From NCBI GenBank assembly GCA_937888895.1, contig CALASV010000085.1, positions 1 through 33,420 of the forward strand: DNA of 33,420 nt, in the 5' to 3' direction. The notes under the pieces were generated by a model. That model had not been told where the DNA came from. It worked only from the letters and a program-made list of their open reading frames with translations, and made no database searches. The position numbers and the translations under genes were made by a program. Positions 24,469-32,684 of the stretch are shown here, one piece after another. Source of the stretch: an uncultured Clostridia bacterium. Lineage in GTDB: Bacteria; Bacillota; Clostridia; Lachnospirales; Lachnospiraceae. The first letter of the stretch is position 1. Every line of letters begins with the position of its first letter.

Positions 24469-27400
24469 ATGAGAAAAAGATTTCTAGCTTACATAGGAGT
24501 GACATTATTTAGTTGTATGTTATTAGGAAATAGCGTGGTGTTTGGAAATACAAGACCGACTGCTAATGAGTTTCCAGAGAAAACGATTATTATAGGTACG
24601 TATGCGATTGCGTTGGATGTTGTGAATGAAGAATTGTTAGAGGTGGCTTTGCAGAGTGCTGAGACAAATATGCAGAATGAAGTGTATTTTAAGTCGGATG
24701 TGAATCGTGGCGTTTGGTATAATATTACAAATAGTGATAGTATTAGTGATATTTCGGAGAGTACAACAAATATTGTAAAGAATCAAGATATTGATAAATT
24801 GTATTTAACACATTATACGAATGCTTCTGGTGTGACGGTATGTTTTGAGACGGATTCTAGTGTGTATGTTTCGGATATCAATACACCACAAGTGCCTGCT
24901 AATATCGTGGAATTAGATGAATTAGAGAATGAACTGAAAATTCAACAAGCATTGTATGATAGTGTAAAAGATGAACCAGAAGATGAAACGGATAAAGAAG
25001 AAGACAAACGTTTAGAGAAAAAGGAAATTTATAGTCAAAAAATAAATAGTTTGAAAGAGGTTTTAAAAGAAATAAAAAATAAGGAAGTGGATAAGTTAAC
25101 TTCCCAAATTCGTGCAGTAGAGAATTTAGAACGTCAGCTTGTACAAAAAGGAGCAGATAGTGAGAAAATAGAAATGATAGTTTCGCAAAAAGAGAATCTA
25201 AAAAATACAAGAATGGCGTATTGTTATCAAATTTTAATTGATAAGATGAATAAAGAAAATGTTTCTATTGACTATGAAGATTGTAATGATTTAATTCAAA
25301 AGTATGCTGCTGCCATTACAAGTTTAGAGTCTATTTTGAGTGAATTAGGTATTGCAACGGATAAAGTAGCATCTAATACAGAAGATGACAAAGACGCAGA
25401 TGGAACTTTTTCTGATAATCAACCAAGTAAAGAATTAGTGGAAGAAGAAGCAACAGGAATAGATAAAGTTATTGAAGAAAATTTGGCATTGATGTTGGAA
25501 GCAGCAGAAAGTGGAGATTTTGGAAGAGCAGAGGAAGCTTTAGAGGAGGCTTATGTTGCTGAAACAGTAAAAAATAATGATAATAATGTTTCTGACGAAG
25601 TAAAAGAAAAGCAAAAAGAAGTATTAGAACAAGCGATTGAACTTTTAGGACAAGAGGCATTGGAATTAGTACAAGCTGGAGATGGAGAAAGTTATAAAGA
25701 GGCAGTAAAAAATAAAGAATCCAATGCTGTATTAGAAGCAATCAAAGAAGAAACAGTTAATGAATTGAATGATTTATTAACACAATTAGAAGATAATTAT
25801 GCTTCTTTGAGAGAAAAAACAGATGAGGCAGTAGAACAAGCAAAGCTATTACAACAGGAAATGGAAAGTTATAAGGAATTATTGGATGCTGTTCCAAGTT
25901 GTGAAGTTTCTGAACAATTCAAAAAATTATTACAGGATAAAGTGGGTTATGCCGAAGGGCAATTGAATGAGGTAAAACTGCAATCTATTCCAGAATATCA
26001 AGAAACAGCTAGTTTGATTGAGAGTGCCACAGTGGAAGTAGAATTATTAAATGAAAAATATTTAGAGGCAATCGAAGAAAATAATACAGAAGATAGTAAA
26101 CAATATAAATCAGAATTAGATGCAGCATTAGAAAAACTTGTAAATGCAGAAAATAAGATAGAGCAATTAGAAAAGGATTTTATGGAAGGAAATTTAAAAT
26201 CGGATTTGGAAACAGACGAAATACCTTCTACTGAAGGATTAAGTGAAAAGAAAGAAGATATTTTAAAGGATTTAGAAGATGTTCTTTCAGGAGAAGATAA
26301 GGTAACAGAGGTTTCAAGTTTGTTGGAAGATTTAAAGAAATTGCAGAAAGAACATTTGAATCATTCTGAAACTTTAGAAGAAGTGATAGATATTCTAGAA
26401 GAATCTTTATCCGACTTAGAAAGATTATTACAAATGATGATAGCAGAAGAGAGTGGCAAAGAATTATTACAAGAGGAATTACAGCAAACGAAAGAAAATG
26501 TAGAATGTTTAGAAGATTATTTTGCTTTTGTGATAGAAACTAATCAAGGAATAGAGCAAGAGTTAGAAAAAACAAAAAATAAATTGAAACAAACTACTAT
26601 TTTATCAAATGGAAAAAATACCTATCAAGAAAAACTGGATGGAGTAGAAAAAACTTTAGTAAAAGAAATACAAGATTGTATTAAAACAGCATTACAAAAA
26701 GAGATAGATACATTAGAAAAACAAATAGAAGTATTACAAAAAGGAGAAGAAACAAGTTCGTTTACAGAAGAAGAACAAGCTATTTTGAATGGCTATCTTG
26801 CTTTTATTCAAGAAAATAATCAAAAGATAGAAAAACAATTAGAAAAAACAATAGATGATTTAAAAAAGATAGAAATTTTAGAAGAAGGCAAAGATAGTTA
26901 TAAAGAAAAAATAGCAGAAACAGATAGCATATCAACAAAAGAATTACAAGATAGTATTACAAAATTATTACAAACAGAGATTGATAAATTAGTAAAGCAG
27001 ATAGAAACATTACAAACAAAAGAAAAACAAGAAGATATTTTGGAACAATTAGAACAAGTGATATCAAAAGAAGATGACAGTTTAGAAAAAGTTGCTGATT
27101 TATTACAGAGTTTAGAGGAAGTAGAAGCAATCAATTTGGCACAGACGGAACGTTTGCAAGAGGCAATGACTATAATGGGGGACGCTTTATCTGATTTAGA
27201 GGAATTGTTACAAAATGCAGACGAACAAAAAGAAGGAACAAATTTAGTGAAGGAAAAGATAACACAAATAGAGGAACAAACAGAACTTTTAGAAGAGTAT
27301 CTTGCCTTTATTGAGAAAACAAATGAAAATTTAGAGAAACAGTTAGCTAACACAAGTGATATATTTGAACAAAAGGATAGGTTAGCAGATACGAAAGATA

Positions 27401-28062
27401 TTTATAAAGAAAAGTTAGATGATGTAAGTAGTGAAGATGTTACAAATAATTTTTTAGAACAACAATTAAATGATGTTATTACAGAAGCATTACAAGAGGA
27501 AATATCTGCTATTACAAAGCAAGAACAAGAAGTACAAGAAAAAATAGAGGAGCACTTAGCAGAAATTTTAGGAGACAAGAGTGAATTAAGTGAAGCGAAT
27601 AAAGCTCTTGCAAATGCCCAAGAAGAAAAATATTCAGAAGAAGAATTAGATGCGATTGCTACATTAACGGATAATTTGAGAGAAAAATATGAAGAAAAAG
27701 GAGCAGAACTCATTTATCCATGGTTGATTATCTTTGAAGATTATGATATAAAATTAACACTTCCAGCAATTAAGATAAAAGAAGAAATTTATGTACCAGC
27801 AGAGGAGTTAGCAGTACAATTAGGTGCAGACTTATTAAAAAGCAAGACAAATCATGTTATTGTAATAAAAGGTAAAGGTGTTTTAATTGAGTATATTTTA
27901 AATGATAATGTAGTATATGTGAATGATAAAAAAATGACAGTGACACTTCCACCAGCGAAAGAAATTCAAAATCAAGTATATATCTCTTTACAATGTTTCG
28001 TAAGAGCGTATCGTTTAGAAGAAGCAACGTATGATGACTATACTATATTATCAAAGAAATGA
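24469..28062 (+). CDS. Signal-anchored giant E/K-rich coiled-coil protein with a C-terminal copper-amine-oxidase-N-terminal-like (stalk) domain
   Basis: ATG 24469 (MRKRFLAYIGVTLFSCMLLGNSVVFG), with AAGGAG 11 nt upstream, is preferred over the GTG at 24457. About 900 aa have heptad-like E/K/L/Q composition with long internal repeats. The last ~115 aa (27712-28059: IKIKEEIYVPAEELAVQLGADLL....VIVIKGKGVLIEYILNDNVVYVNDKKMTV.LPPAKEIQNQVYISLQCFVRAYRLE) match the Cu_amine_oxidN1 pattern. Confidence 0.6.
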   Translation: MRKRFLAYIGVTLFSCMLLGNSVVFGNTRPTANEFPEKTIIIGTYAIALDVVNEELLEVALQSAETNMQNEVYFKSDVNRGVWYNITNSDSISDISESTTNIVKNQDIDKLYLTHYTNASGVTVCFETDSSVYVSDINTPQVPANIVELDELENELKIQQALYDSVKDEPEDETDKEEDKRLEKKEIYSQKINSLKEVLKEIKNKEVDKLTSQIRAVENLERQLVQKGADSEKIEMIVSQKENLKNTRMAYCYQILIDKMNKENVSIDYEDCNDLIQKYAAAITSLESILSELGIATDKVASNTEDDKDADGTFSDNQPSKELVEEEATGIDKVIEENLALMLEAAESGDFGRAEEALEEAYVAETVKNNDNNVSDEVKEKQKEVLEQAIELLGQEALELVQAGDGESYKEAVKNKESNAVLEAIKEETVNELNDLLTQLEDNYASLREKTDEAVEQAKLLQQEMESYKELLDAVPSCEVSEQFKKLLQDKVGYAEGQLNEVKLQSIPEYQETASLIESATVEVELLNEKYLEAIEENNTEDSKQYKSELDAALEKLVNAENKIEQLEKDFMEGNLKSDLETDEIPSTEGLSEKKEDILKDLEDVLSGEDKVTEVSSLLEDLKKLQKEHLNHSETLEEVIDILEESLSDLERLLQMMIAEESGKELLQEELQQTKENVECLEDYFAFVIETNQGIEQELEKTKNKLKQTTILSNGKNTYQEKLDGVEKTLVKEIQDCIKTALQKEIDTLEKQIEVLQKGEETSSFTEEEQAILNGYLAFIQENNQKIEKQLEKTIDDLKKIEILEEGKDSYKEKIAETDSISTKELQDSITKLLQTEIDKLVKQIETLQTKEKQEDILEQLEQVISKEDDSLEKVADLLQSLEEVEAINLAQTERLQEAMTIMGDALSDLEELLQNADEQKEGTNLVKEKITQIEEQTELLEEYLAFIEKTNENLEKQLANTSDIFEQKDRLADTKDIYKEKLDDVSSEDVTNNFLEQQLNDVITEALQEEISAITKQEQEVQEKIEEHLAEILGDKSELSEANKALANAQEEKYSEEELDAIATLTDNLREKYEEKGAELIYPWLIIFEDYDIKLTLPAIKIKEEIYVPAEELAVQLGADLLKSKTNHVIVIKGKGVLIEYILNDNVVYVNDKKMTVTLPPAKEIQNQVYISLQCFVRAYRLEEATYDDYTILSKK
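26254..27560 (+). repeat. Nested long coding repeats inside the coiled-coil gene
   Basis: Unit B reads EDIL..LE.V.S.ED......LL..L......L...E.L.E.....L.E.LSDLE.LLQ, at about 26254-26433 and 27031-27213. Unit A reads LE(D/E)Y.AFI...N...E..L..T........GK..Y.EK........LQ..I...LQ.EI....KQ.E.LQ, at about 26506-26740, 26785-27015 and 27289-27540. Confidence 0.7.
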
Positions 28063-28153
28063 GAGAGTGTAATGCTAATGAGGTTATTGGAAAATAGGTA
28101 TACATCTTGTTTTCCGATAGCCTTGTATTCTAAGAAAGGACAAGGGTGACGGT

Positions 28154-28726
28154 ATGGGAAGTTATACGGTTATGGCAGATGTTAGTCGTTCTATATTGGA
28201 ATTATTAAAAAGTAATTTAGTACCAGAACCGATTAAAAAAGCAGAAAATATTGGGGTTTGTGCACCAAATGATAGAGGAAATAACATTTTAGGACTTTAT
28301 TTATATAATATTGATGAGAATCCAGAATCTCGCTCAATGGAGAGAATTGTGTTAGATAAAGAGCATTACAAAGATGCTCCGATGTCCATCAATTTATATT
28401 ATATGTTATTTGCTTATTCTGATACGGATTTAATTACGAGAGCAGTAGATGAACAAAGAATTTTAGGAAAAGCGATTCAAGTATTAAATGAAAATAGTCA
28501 GCTTGAAAAAGAATATTTGATGGGTACTTTAAAAGAAAACGAAGAAACAGTATCACTAAGTATGATTAATATGACCTTAGAAGAAAAAGTAAGAATTTGG
28601 TCATTGTTTAATCAACCATATCGAATTTCTGCGTTTTATAAAGTTGGACCTATTTTCTTAGAATCTGATAAAATTAAAACAGTTAAGAGAGTACAGAAAG
28701 TGGATATTTCTGTGTATCAGAAATGA
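28154..28726 (+). CDS. CIS tail terminator/cap protein, DUF4255 (Pvc16/Afp16 N-terminal domain) family
   Basis: 190 aa. The pattern is VSRSILELLKSNLVP....ENIGVCAPND......ILGLYLYNIDENPESR....APMSINLYYMLFAY....EQRILGKAIQVLNENSQL......LSMINMTLEEKVRIWSLFNQPYRISAFYKVGPIFLES. This follows the DUF4255 consensus. Confidence 0.8.
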   Translation: MGSYTVMADVSRSILELLKSNLVPEPIKKAENIGVCAPNDRGNNILGLYLYNIDENPESRSMERIVLDKEHYKDAPMSINLYYMLFAYSDTDLITRAVDEQRILGKAIQVLNENSQLEKEYLMGTLKENEETVSLSMINMTLEEKVRIWSLFNQPYRISAFYKVGPIFLESDKIKTVKRVQKVDISVYQK

Positions 28727-28745
28727 TTAGTAAGAGGATAGTAGT

Positions 28746-30764
28746 ATGGGTACTTTTAATGATGTAGAATATGTAGCGACTTCTATATTGCTTGAAGTAA
28801 TGAATAGATATGGAATAACTTATACAAAAGTACAAATAAAAGAAATATGTGAAAATTTTGCAGATTTGAAAAAGAAGGAAGTTTTTTTAATAGACAAATC
28901 AGATAATGAATTAGATGAAATTTTATTTGATTTATTGACAGATGGAATAGACGCAAAATCTAGAAAAAAATCTGGAACAGAAAGAACCCCAAAGGAACTT
29001 ATCACATATATGTTAGATATGATAGATTATAATGAAGATATATCAATATATCATACTATTGTAGACCCATCATGTGGTACAGGAACATTTACAAAACAGA
29101 TTTTAGATAGATTTATAAGTGGTCTTTATAAAAATAAAAAAATAGATATAGTAAAAGAGAAACTTTTAAATGAAAAATTGATAAGAGCTTATGATGTAAA
29201 TCCATCAAATGTTTATATTACAAAAATTGTAATGGTTTGTACATTGATAAAAACTAATCTAATAAAGAAACTAGATGATATAGTAGAATGGATAGAAAAG
29301 TTACCTGTGTATTGTAAAGATTTTTTGTGTACAGAAGAAAAAACAGATTTTGTAATTGGAAATCCACCTTATATAAGAGTTCAAAATATGTCAGTAGAGT
29401 ATAGAAACTTTATAAAAGAAAATTTTGTTAGTGCTACTGGTAGATTTGATATATTTACATGTTTTATGGAAAAAGCTGATACAATTTTAAATGAAAATGG
29501 AAAAATGTGTTTAATTACAAGTAATAAATATTTGACAGCTAATTATGGAGCTGGAATAAGAAGGTATTTATCAGAAAAAGGACATGTTAGAAAAATTGTA
29601 GATTTATATGATACAAAATTTTTTGGGGCAGCAGTTTTACCAGCAATTATTATGTGCGAAAATAGTGAACAGGAAAACGATAATGTAGATTATATTGGAA
29701 TAAAATCTTCTACACAACAACCACAATATCATTGTTTAGATTTGAAAGAGTTATTTAAATATATAGAAAATGAAATGAGTAGTAATAAAAGTTGTGTACT
29801 TTGTGGAAAGAAAGAGAAACAAGTTTTTGAAGTTTCTCTTTCTAAAGTAAAAATTCCATTAGGTGAAAAAACGTGGAATTTTTCTTCGAGTGATGAGAAT
29901 ATAATTAAGTCTAAAATGGATAGTCAAAAATTATGTTCGTTAGCAGATATTTTTGATGTATGTGTAGGAATTAAAACAACGGCTGATTCTGTATTTGTAA
30001 AACCTATGACAAAAAAGTTTGTAGAAGAATATAAATTGGAAAGTGATGTGATATATCCATTGATTCAAAGTTTTGATGTAAATAAATGGAATATTTCATG
30101 GGGAGAAAATGTAAAAGATAGATATATTTTATATCCACATAAAGAAGTAGATGGAATTATGGTTGCAATTCCATTAGAAGAAATACCAAAAGCAAAACAA
30201 TATTTAGAAGACCATGAGGATATTTTAAAAAATCGTTCTTATTTAGTTGAATGTAAGTCTCGAATGTGGTATGAGTGTTGGGTGCCTCAAACATTATCTA
30301 AGTTTAGGCAAATGAAAATAGTAACAAGAGATATCGTTTCAGAAAATTCATTTGCATTAGATGAATTAGGAAGATTATGTCAAGGAAATACATTTTTCTT
30401 AGTAAGAAAGGATAGTATTTTTTCTATAAAATATAAAGAGTTAAGTGAATATCAATATTATTGTTTTATGTTAGGAGTATTAAATTCAAAAGCAATGGAG
30501 TATTATCAAAAAATGATAAGTGGTTGTTTGTATTCTGGGAAATATAGATATACTACATCAAATTTGAATAGATGGCCAATACCTAAAATAGAAAAGTGTG
30601 AAGCAATAAAAATAGCAGAGTATGTAAACAAATTAATTTTTGGAGCAGAACAACAAGAAAAATTAGAAAATGCTATTGATAATATTATATATAACAGTTT
30701 TAAATTGGATAAAGAAGATATTTTGAAAATGGAATGTTTTCTTGGAAAAGAAAAGGATGAATAG
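28746..30764 (+). CDS. Type II N6-adenine DNA methyltransferase, gamma class (Eco57I/TaqI-like) with a C-terminal target-recognition domain
   Basis: The motif order is TPKELITYML, then motif I IVDPSCGTGTF (29064-29084), then AYDVNPS, then motif IV VIGNPPY (NPPY at 29361-29372). The long C-terminal region has a TaqI_C-like feel (WYECWVPQ). An AAGAGGA SD lies 7 nt upstream. Confidence 0.8.
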   Translation: MGTFNDVEYVATSILLEVMNRYGITYTKVQIKEICENFADLKKKEVFLIDKSDNELDEILFDLLTDGIDAKSRKKSGTERTPKELITYMLDMIDYNEDISIYHTIVDPSCGTGTFTKQILDRFISGLYKNKKIDIVKEKLLNEKLIRAYDVNPSNVYITKIVMVCTLIKTNLIKKLDDIVEWIEKLPVYCKDFLCTEEKTDFVIGNPPYIRVQNMSVEYRNFIKENFVSATGRFDIFTCFMEKADTILNENGKMCLITSNKYLTANYGAGIRRYLSEKGHVRKIVDLYDTKFFGAAVLPAIIMCENSEQENDNVDYIGIKSSTQQPQYHCLDLKELFKYIENEMSSNKSCVLCGKKEKQVFEVSLSKVKIPLGEKTWNFSSSDENIIKSKMDSQKLCSLADIFDVCVGIKTTADSVFVKPMTKKFVEEYKLESDVIYPLIQSFDVNKWNISWGENVKDRYILYPHKEVDGIMVAIPLEEIPKAKQYLEDHEDILKNRSYLVECKSRMWYECWVPQTLSKFRQMKIVTRDIVSENSFALDELGRLCQGNTFFLVRKDSIFSIKYKELSEYQYYCFMLGVLNSKAMEYYQKMISGCLYSGKYRYTTSNLNRWPIPKIEKCEAIKIAEYVNKLIFGAEQQEKLENAIDNIIYNSFKLDKEDILKMECFLGKEKDE

Positions 30765-31869
30765 TGGAATGAACTATATTGAAGAAGGAAAAAAACCACC
30801 AAAATGTAAAGAACTTCTTTCTACGCCAGAACAATTAGTAGAACGATTAAGTTCTTTAGTTGGACAAGAAATAATAATGACAGGAAAATCAAGGACAGAT
30901 GGTTCCAATTTTAGAAAAATTATTACAAACCATCTTTTAAAAGAGTATCTGCCAGAAGTTGCAAGTGAATATGAAATTGTTCCACCAAAACAAAAAGGAG
31001 TACCTTCTTTTTTAAGGGAATATATAGATACTTATATTGTTACAACAGGAAATTCTTATAATTTACAAGTATGGAATAGAAATCCTAATAGTGCATCTGT
31101 ACAAGTGGATTTAAAAAATGGACAAACTCTTTTAGCAAGTGATGTAAGGTTTGTGTTTGGAAAAATAAATACAAAAAATTATATTGAATCTATTATTATA
31201 ATGACACCTGATTATATTGAAAATAAGTTTGGTAAGTTTGGTAAACCAACAGTAAAACAACAATTGATTATATCTAAGAAAAAAAGAGAAGACATTATTC
31301 GAAAAGGTAAAATGATAATTGCTGACACTCAATTATTAAATGAACAATTATCTTATGAAGATGAAATAATAAGTAAAGAAGTTAGTATTAAAGATGAACC
31401 TAATAAAGTTTTATCCATAAAGACAATAGATGAACGTATTACTGATAAATTACTGAATAAAAAGTTAGATATTACATTGTCGACAAAGCAAAAAGGACAA
31501 CAATTAGAGAGAATGGTTGCGTACCAGTTAGGTTATAAGCATATACAAGAAGAATTAGAAGGTGGATATCCAGATATAAGAAATCAGATGCTTGAAATTA
31601 AGGTACAAGATTGTGCAACGATAGACCTTGGAAAATATTCTCCACAATTTGAAGAACAGATTACAGATAACTTTACAACAAGAATGGTAAGATATCTTAT
31701 TGCATTAACAAATGCGAAAGATGGTACGATTGATGGAGTGATAATATGTCCGGGAGAAGAACTTGGCAAACATTTTACTTATGTTGGAGATAAAAGTTTT
31801 AAGTGTCAAAGAAGTATTCCAATGAGTTTTTTTGAGCAATTTAAAGGTTGTGTAGTCTTTAATCCATAA
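30757..31869 (+). CDS. Restriction endonuclease, MutH/Sau3AI-like PD-(D/E)XK fold
   Basis: GGYPDIRNQMLEIKVQ (31561-31608) gives D-x6-E-x-K with the same spacing as the MutH catalytic triad. It is preceded by STKQKGQQLERMVAYQLG, resembling the MutH KGW.G.L.E..LG segment. ATG 30757 overlaps the methylase stop and is preferred over TTG 30742. Confidence 0.6.
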   Translation: MNSGMNYIEEGKKPPKCKELLSTPEQLVERLSSLVGQEIIMTGKSRTDGSNFRKIITNHLLKEYLPEVASEYEIVPPKQKGVPSFLREYIDTYIVTTGNSYNLQVWNRNPNSASVQVDLKNGQTLLASDVRFVFGKINTKNYIESIIIMTPDYIENKFGKFGKPTVKQQLIISKKKREDIIRKGKMIIADTQLLNEQLSYEDEIISKEVSIKDEPNKVLSIKTIDERITDKLLNKKLDITLSTKQKGQQLERMVAYQLGYKHIQEELEGGYPDIRNQMLEIKVQDCATIDLGKYSPQFEEQITDNFTTRMVRYLIALTNAKDGTIDGVIICPGEELGKHFTYVGDKSFKCQRSIPMSFFEQFKGCVVFNP

Positions 31870-31891
31870 ATAGAAATTGAGGTGTAATAAA

Positions 31892-32593
31892 TTGAGCATT
31901 AATCATACTATATCAAAATTATATAAATTGATAAATTTTGATGGTGAAGTAATAGAAAATGTAGAAATTCGAGTAGATAATAAAGTTTCACACACCTTAT
32001 ATAAGGGTGGAGGATTTTATATTTTATATGATTTATTGAAAGGAAAGCATAAGGTTACAATTTCCCATAGAAAATATAAGACAGTAGAGTTTATAATAGA
32101 TATTTGTAATACAATTGAAATACAACCTGAAATTTTATATTTAGAATGGAAAGAAAATTATTTGCCATCAAATAAAAAAATAATAACAGGGAGATTAGAT
32201 AATCTAGGGAAAGAATATTATTATTGTGTATGCACGAAGAAGACAACATTTAAAGTATTAGGTGACTTACCAAGAGGAAGTCAAATATTAAAAATGAAGT
32301 TTTCAGAAATTATTCCTCTTGACTATTGCATGGTAGCAGTTGCTTCTTCTGCGGTAATACATAAATTAAAAGAGTATGATTTTGATAAAAAGGCATATAT
32401 TTTAAATTGTCCATTGGAGGAAGAAGTAGAGCTTGGAGATAATGTATACTTATTGCAAAAAGGTATTGTAAAAGAAGATGGAACGTATCAAATTTTAGTA
32501 GATACTAATTTTTGTGATAAGGAAAATAATATATCCGTTTTATTTTTGTATGATAAAAAGCAACAAAAAATAAGTATACATTGTGAGAAGTAA
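31892..32593 (+). CDS. Hypothetical protein, N-terminal carboxypeptidase-regulatory-like beta-sandwich pattern
   Basis: TTG 31892, with GAGGTG 7 nt upstream, is preferred over TTG 31877. LINFDGEVIENVEIRVDNKVSHTLYKGGGFYILYDLLKGKHKVTISHRKYKTVEFIIDI resembles CarboxypepD_reg-type domains. The rest is unassigned. Confidence 0.35.
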   Translation: MSINHTISKLYKLINFDGEVIENVEIRVDNKVSHTLYKGGGFYILYDLLKGKHKVTISHRKYKTVEFIIDICNTIEIQPEILYLEWKENYLPSNKKIITGRLDNLGKEYYYCVCTKKTTFKVLGDLPRGSQILKMKFSEIIPLDYCMVAVASSAVIHKLKEYDFDKKAYILNCPLEEEVELGDNVYLLQKGIVKEDGTYQILVDTNFCDKENNISVLFLYDKKQQKISIHCEK

Positions 32594-32607
32594 GAAAAAA
32601 TTGTTTG

Positions 32608-32649
32608 TTAGTCTATGGATAAAATGATGATATATATTTGATAGACTAA
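32608..32649 (+). promoter_or_regulatory. Inverted repeat in the intergenic region upstream of the PAAR-like gene (weak terminator or operator)
   Basis: TTAGTCTAT (32608-32616) pairs with ATAGACTAA (32641-32649) around a 24-nt AT-rich loop, followed by TATAAATTTTTA. The stem is short and the loop is large. Confidence 0.25.
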
Positions 32650-32684
32650 TATAAATTTTTATAGAAAAGGAAAGGAAAGTTTAT

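Noticed and set aside
28063-28153. A promoter or terminator in the 91-nt gap upstream of the cap gene.
   Set aside because: I could not find a -35/-10 pair with acceptable spacing. There is no stable hairpin, only a 6-bp GTATAC palindrome.
28746-31869. Inferring GATC specificity for the RM pair from the Sau3AI/MutH-like nuclease fold.
   Set aside because: The fold family does not fix the recognition sequence. The partner enzyme is an N6-adenine gamma-class methylase unlike M.Sau3AI, and GATC sites are visibly present in the window (for example near 9535). No specificity claim is justified.
921-31899. All minus-strand ORFs of 61-151 aa in the six-frame track (for example 921-1115, 1629-1895, 4716-5057, 11083-11403, 26898-27353, 30506-30802).
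   Set aside because: Each lies entirely antisense to a long + strand gene with clear family motifs. Their translations are low-complexity L/F/I/S-rich strings typical of shadow frames in AT-rich DNA. None has a convincing SD.
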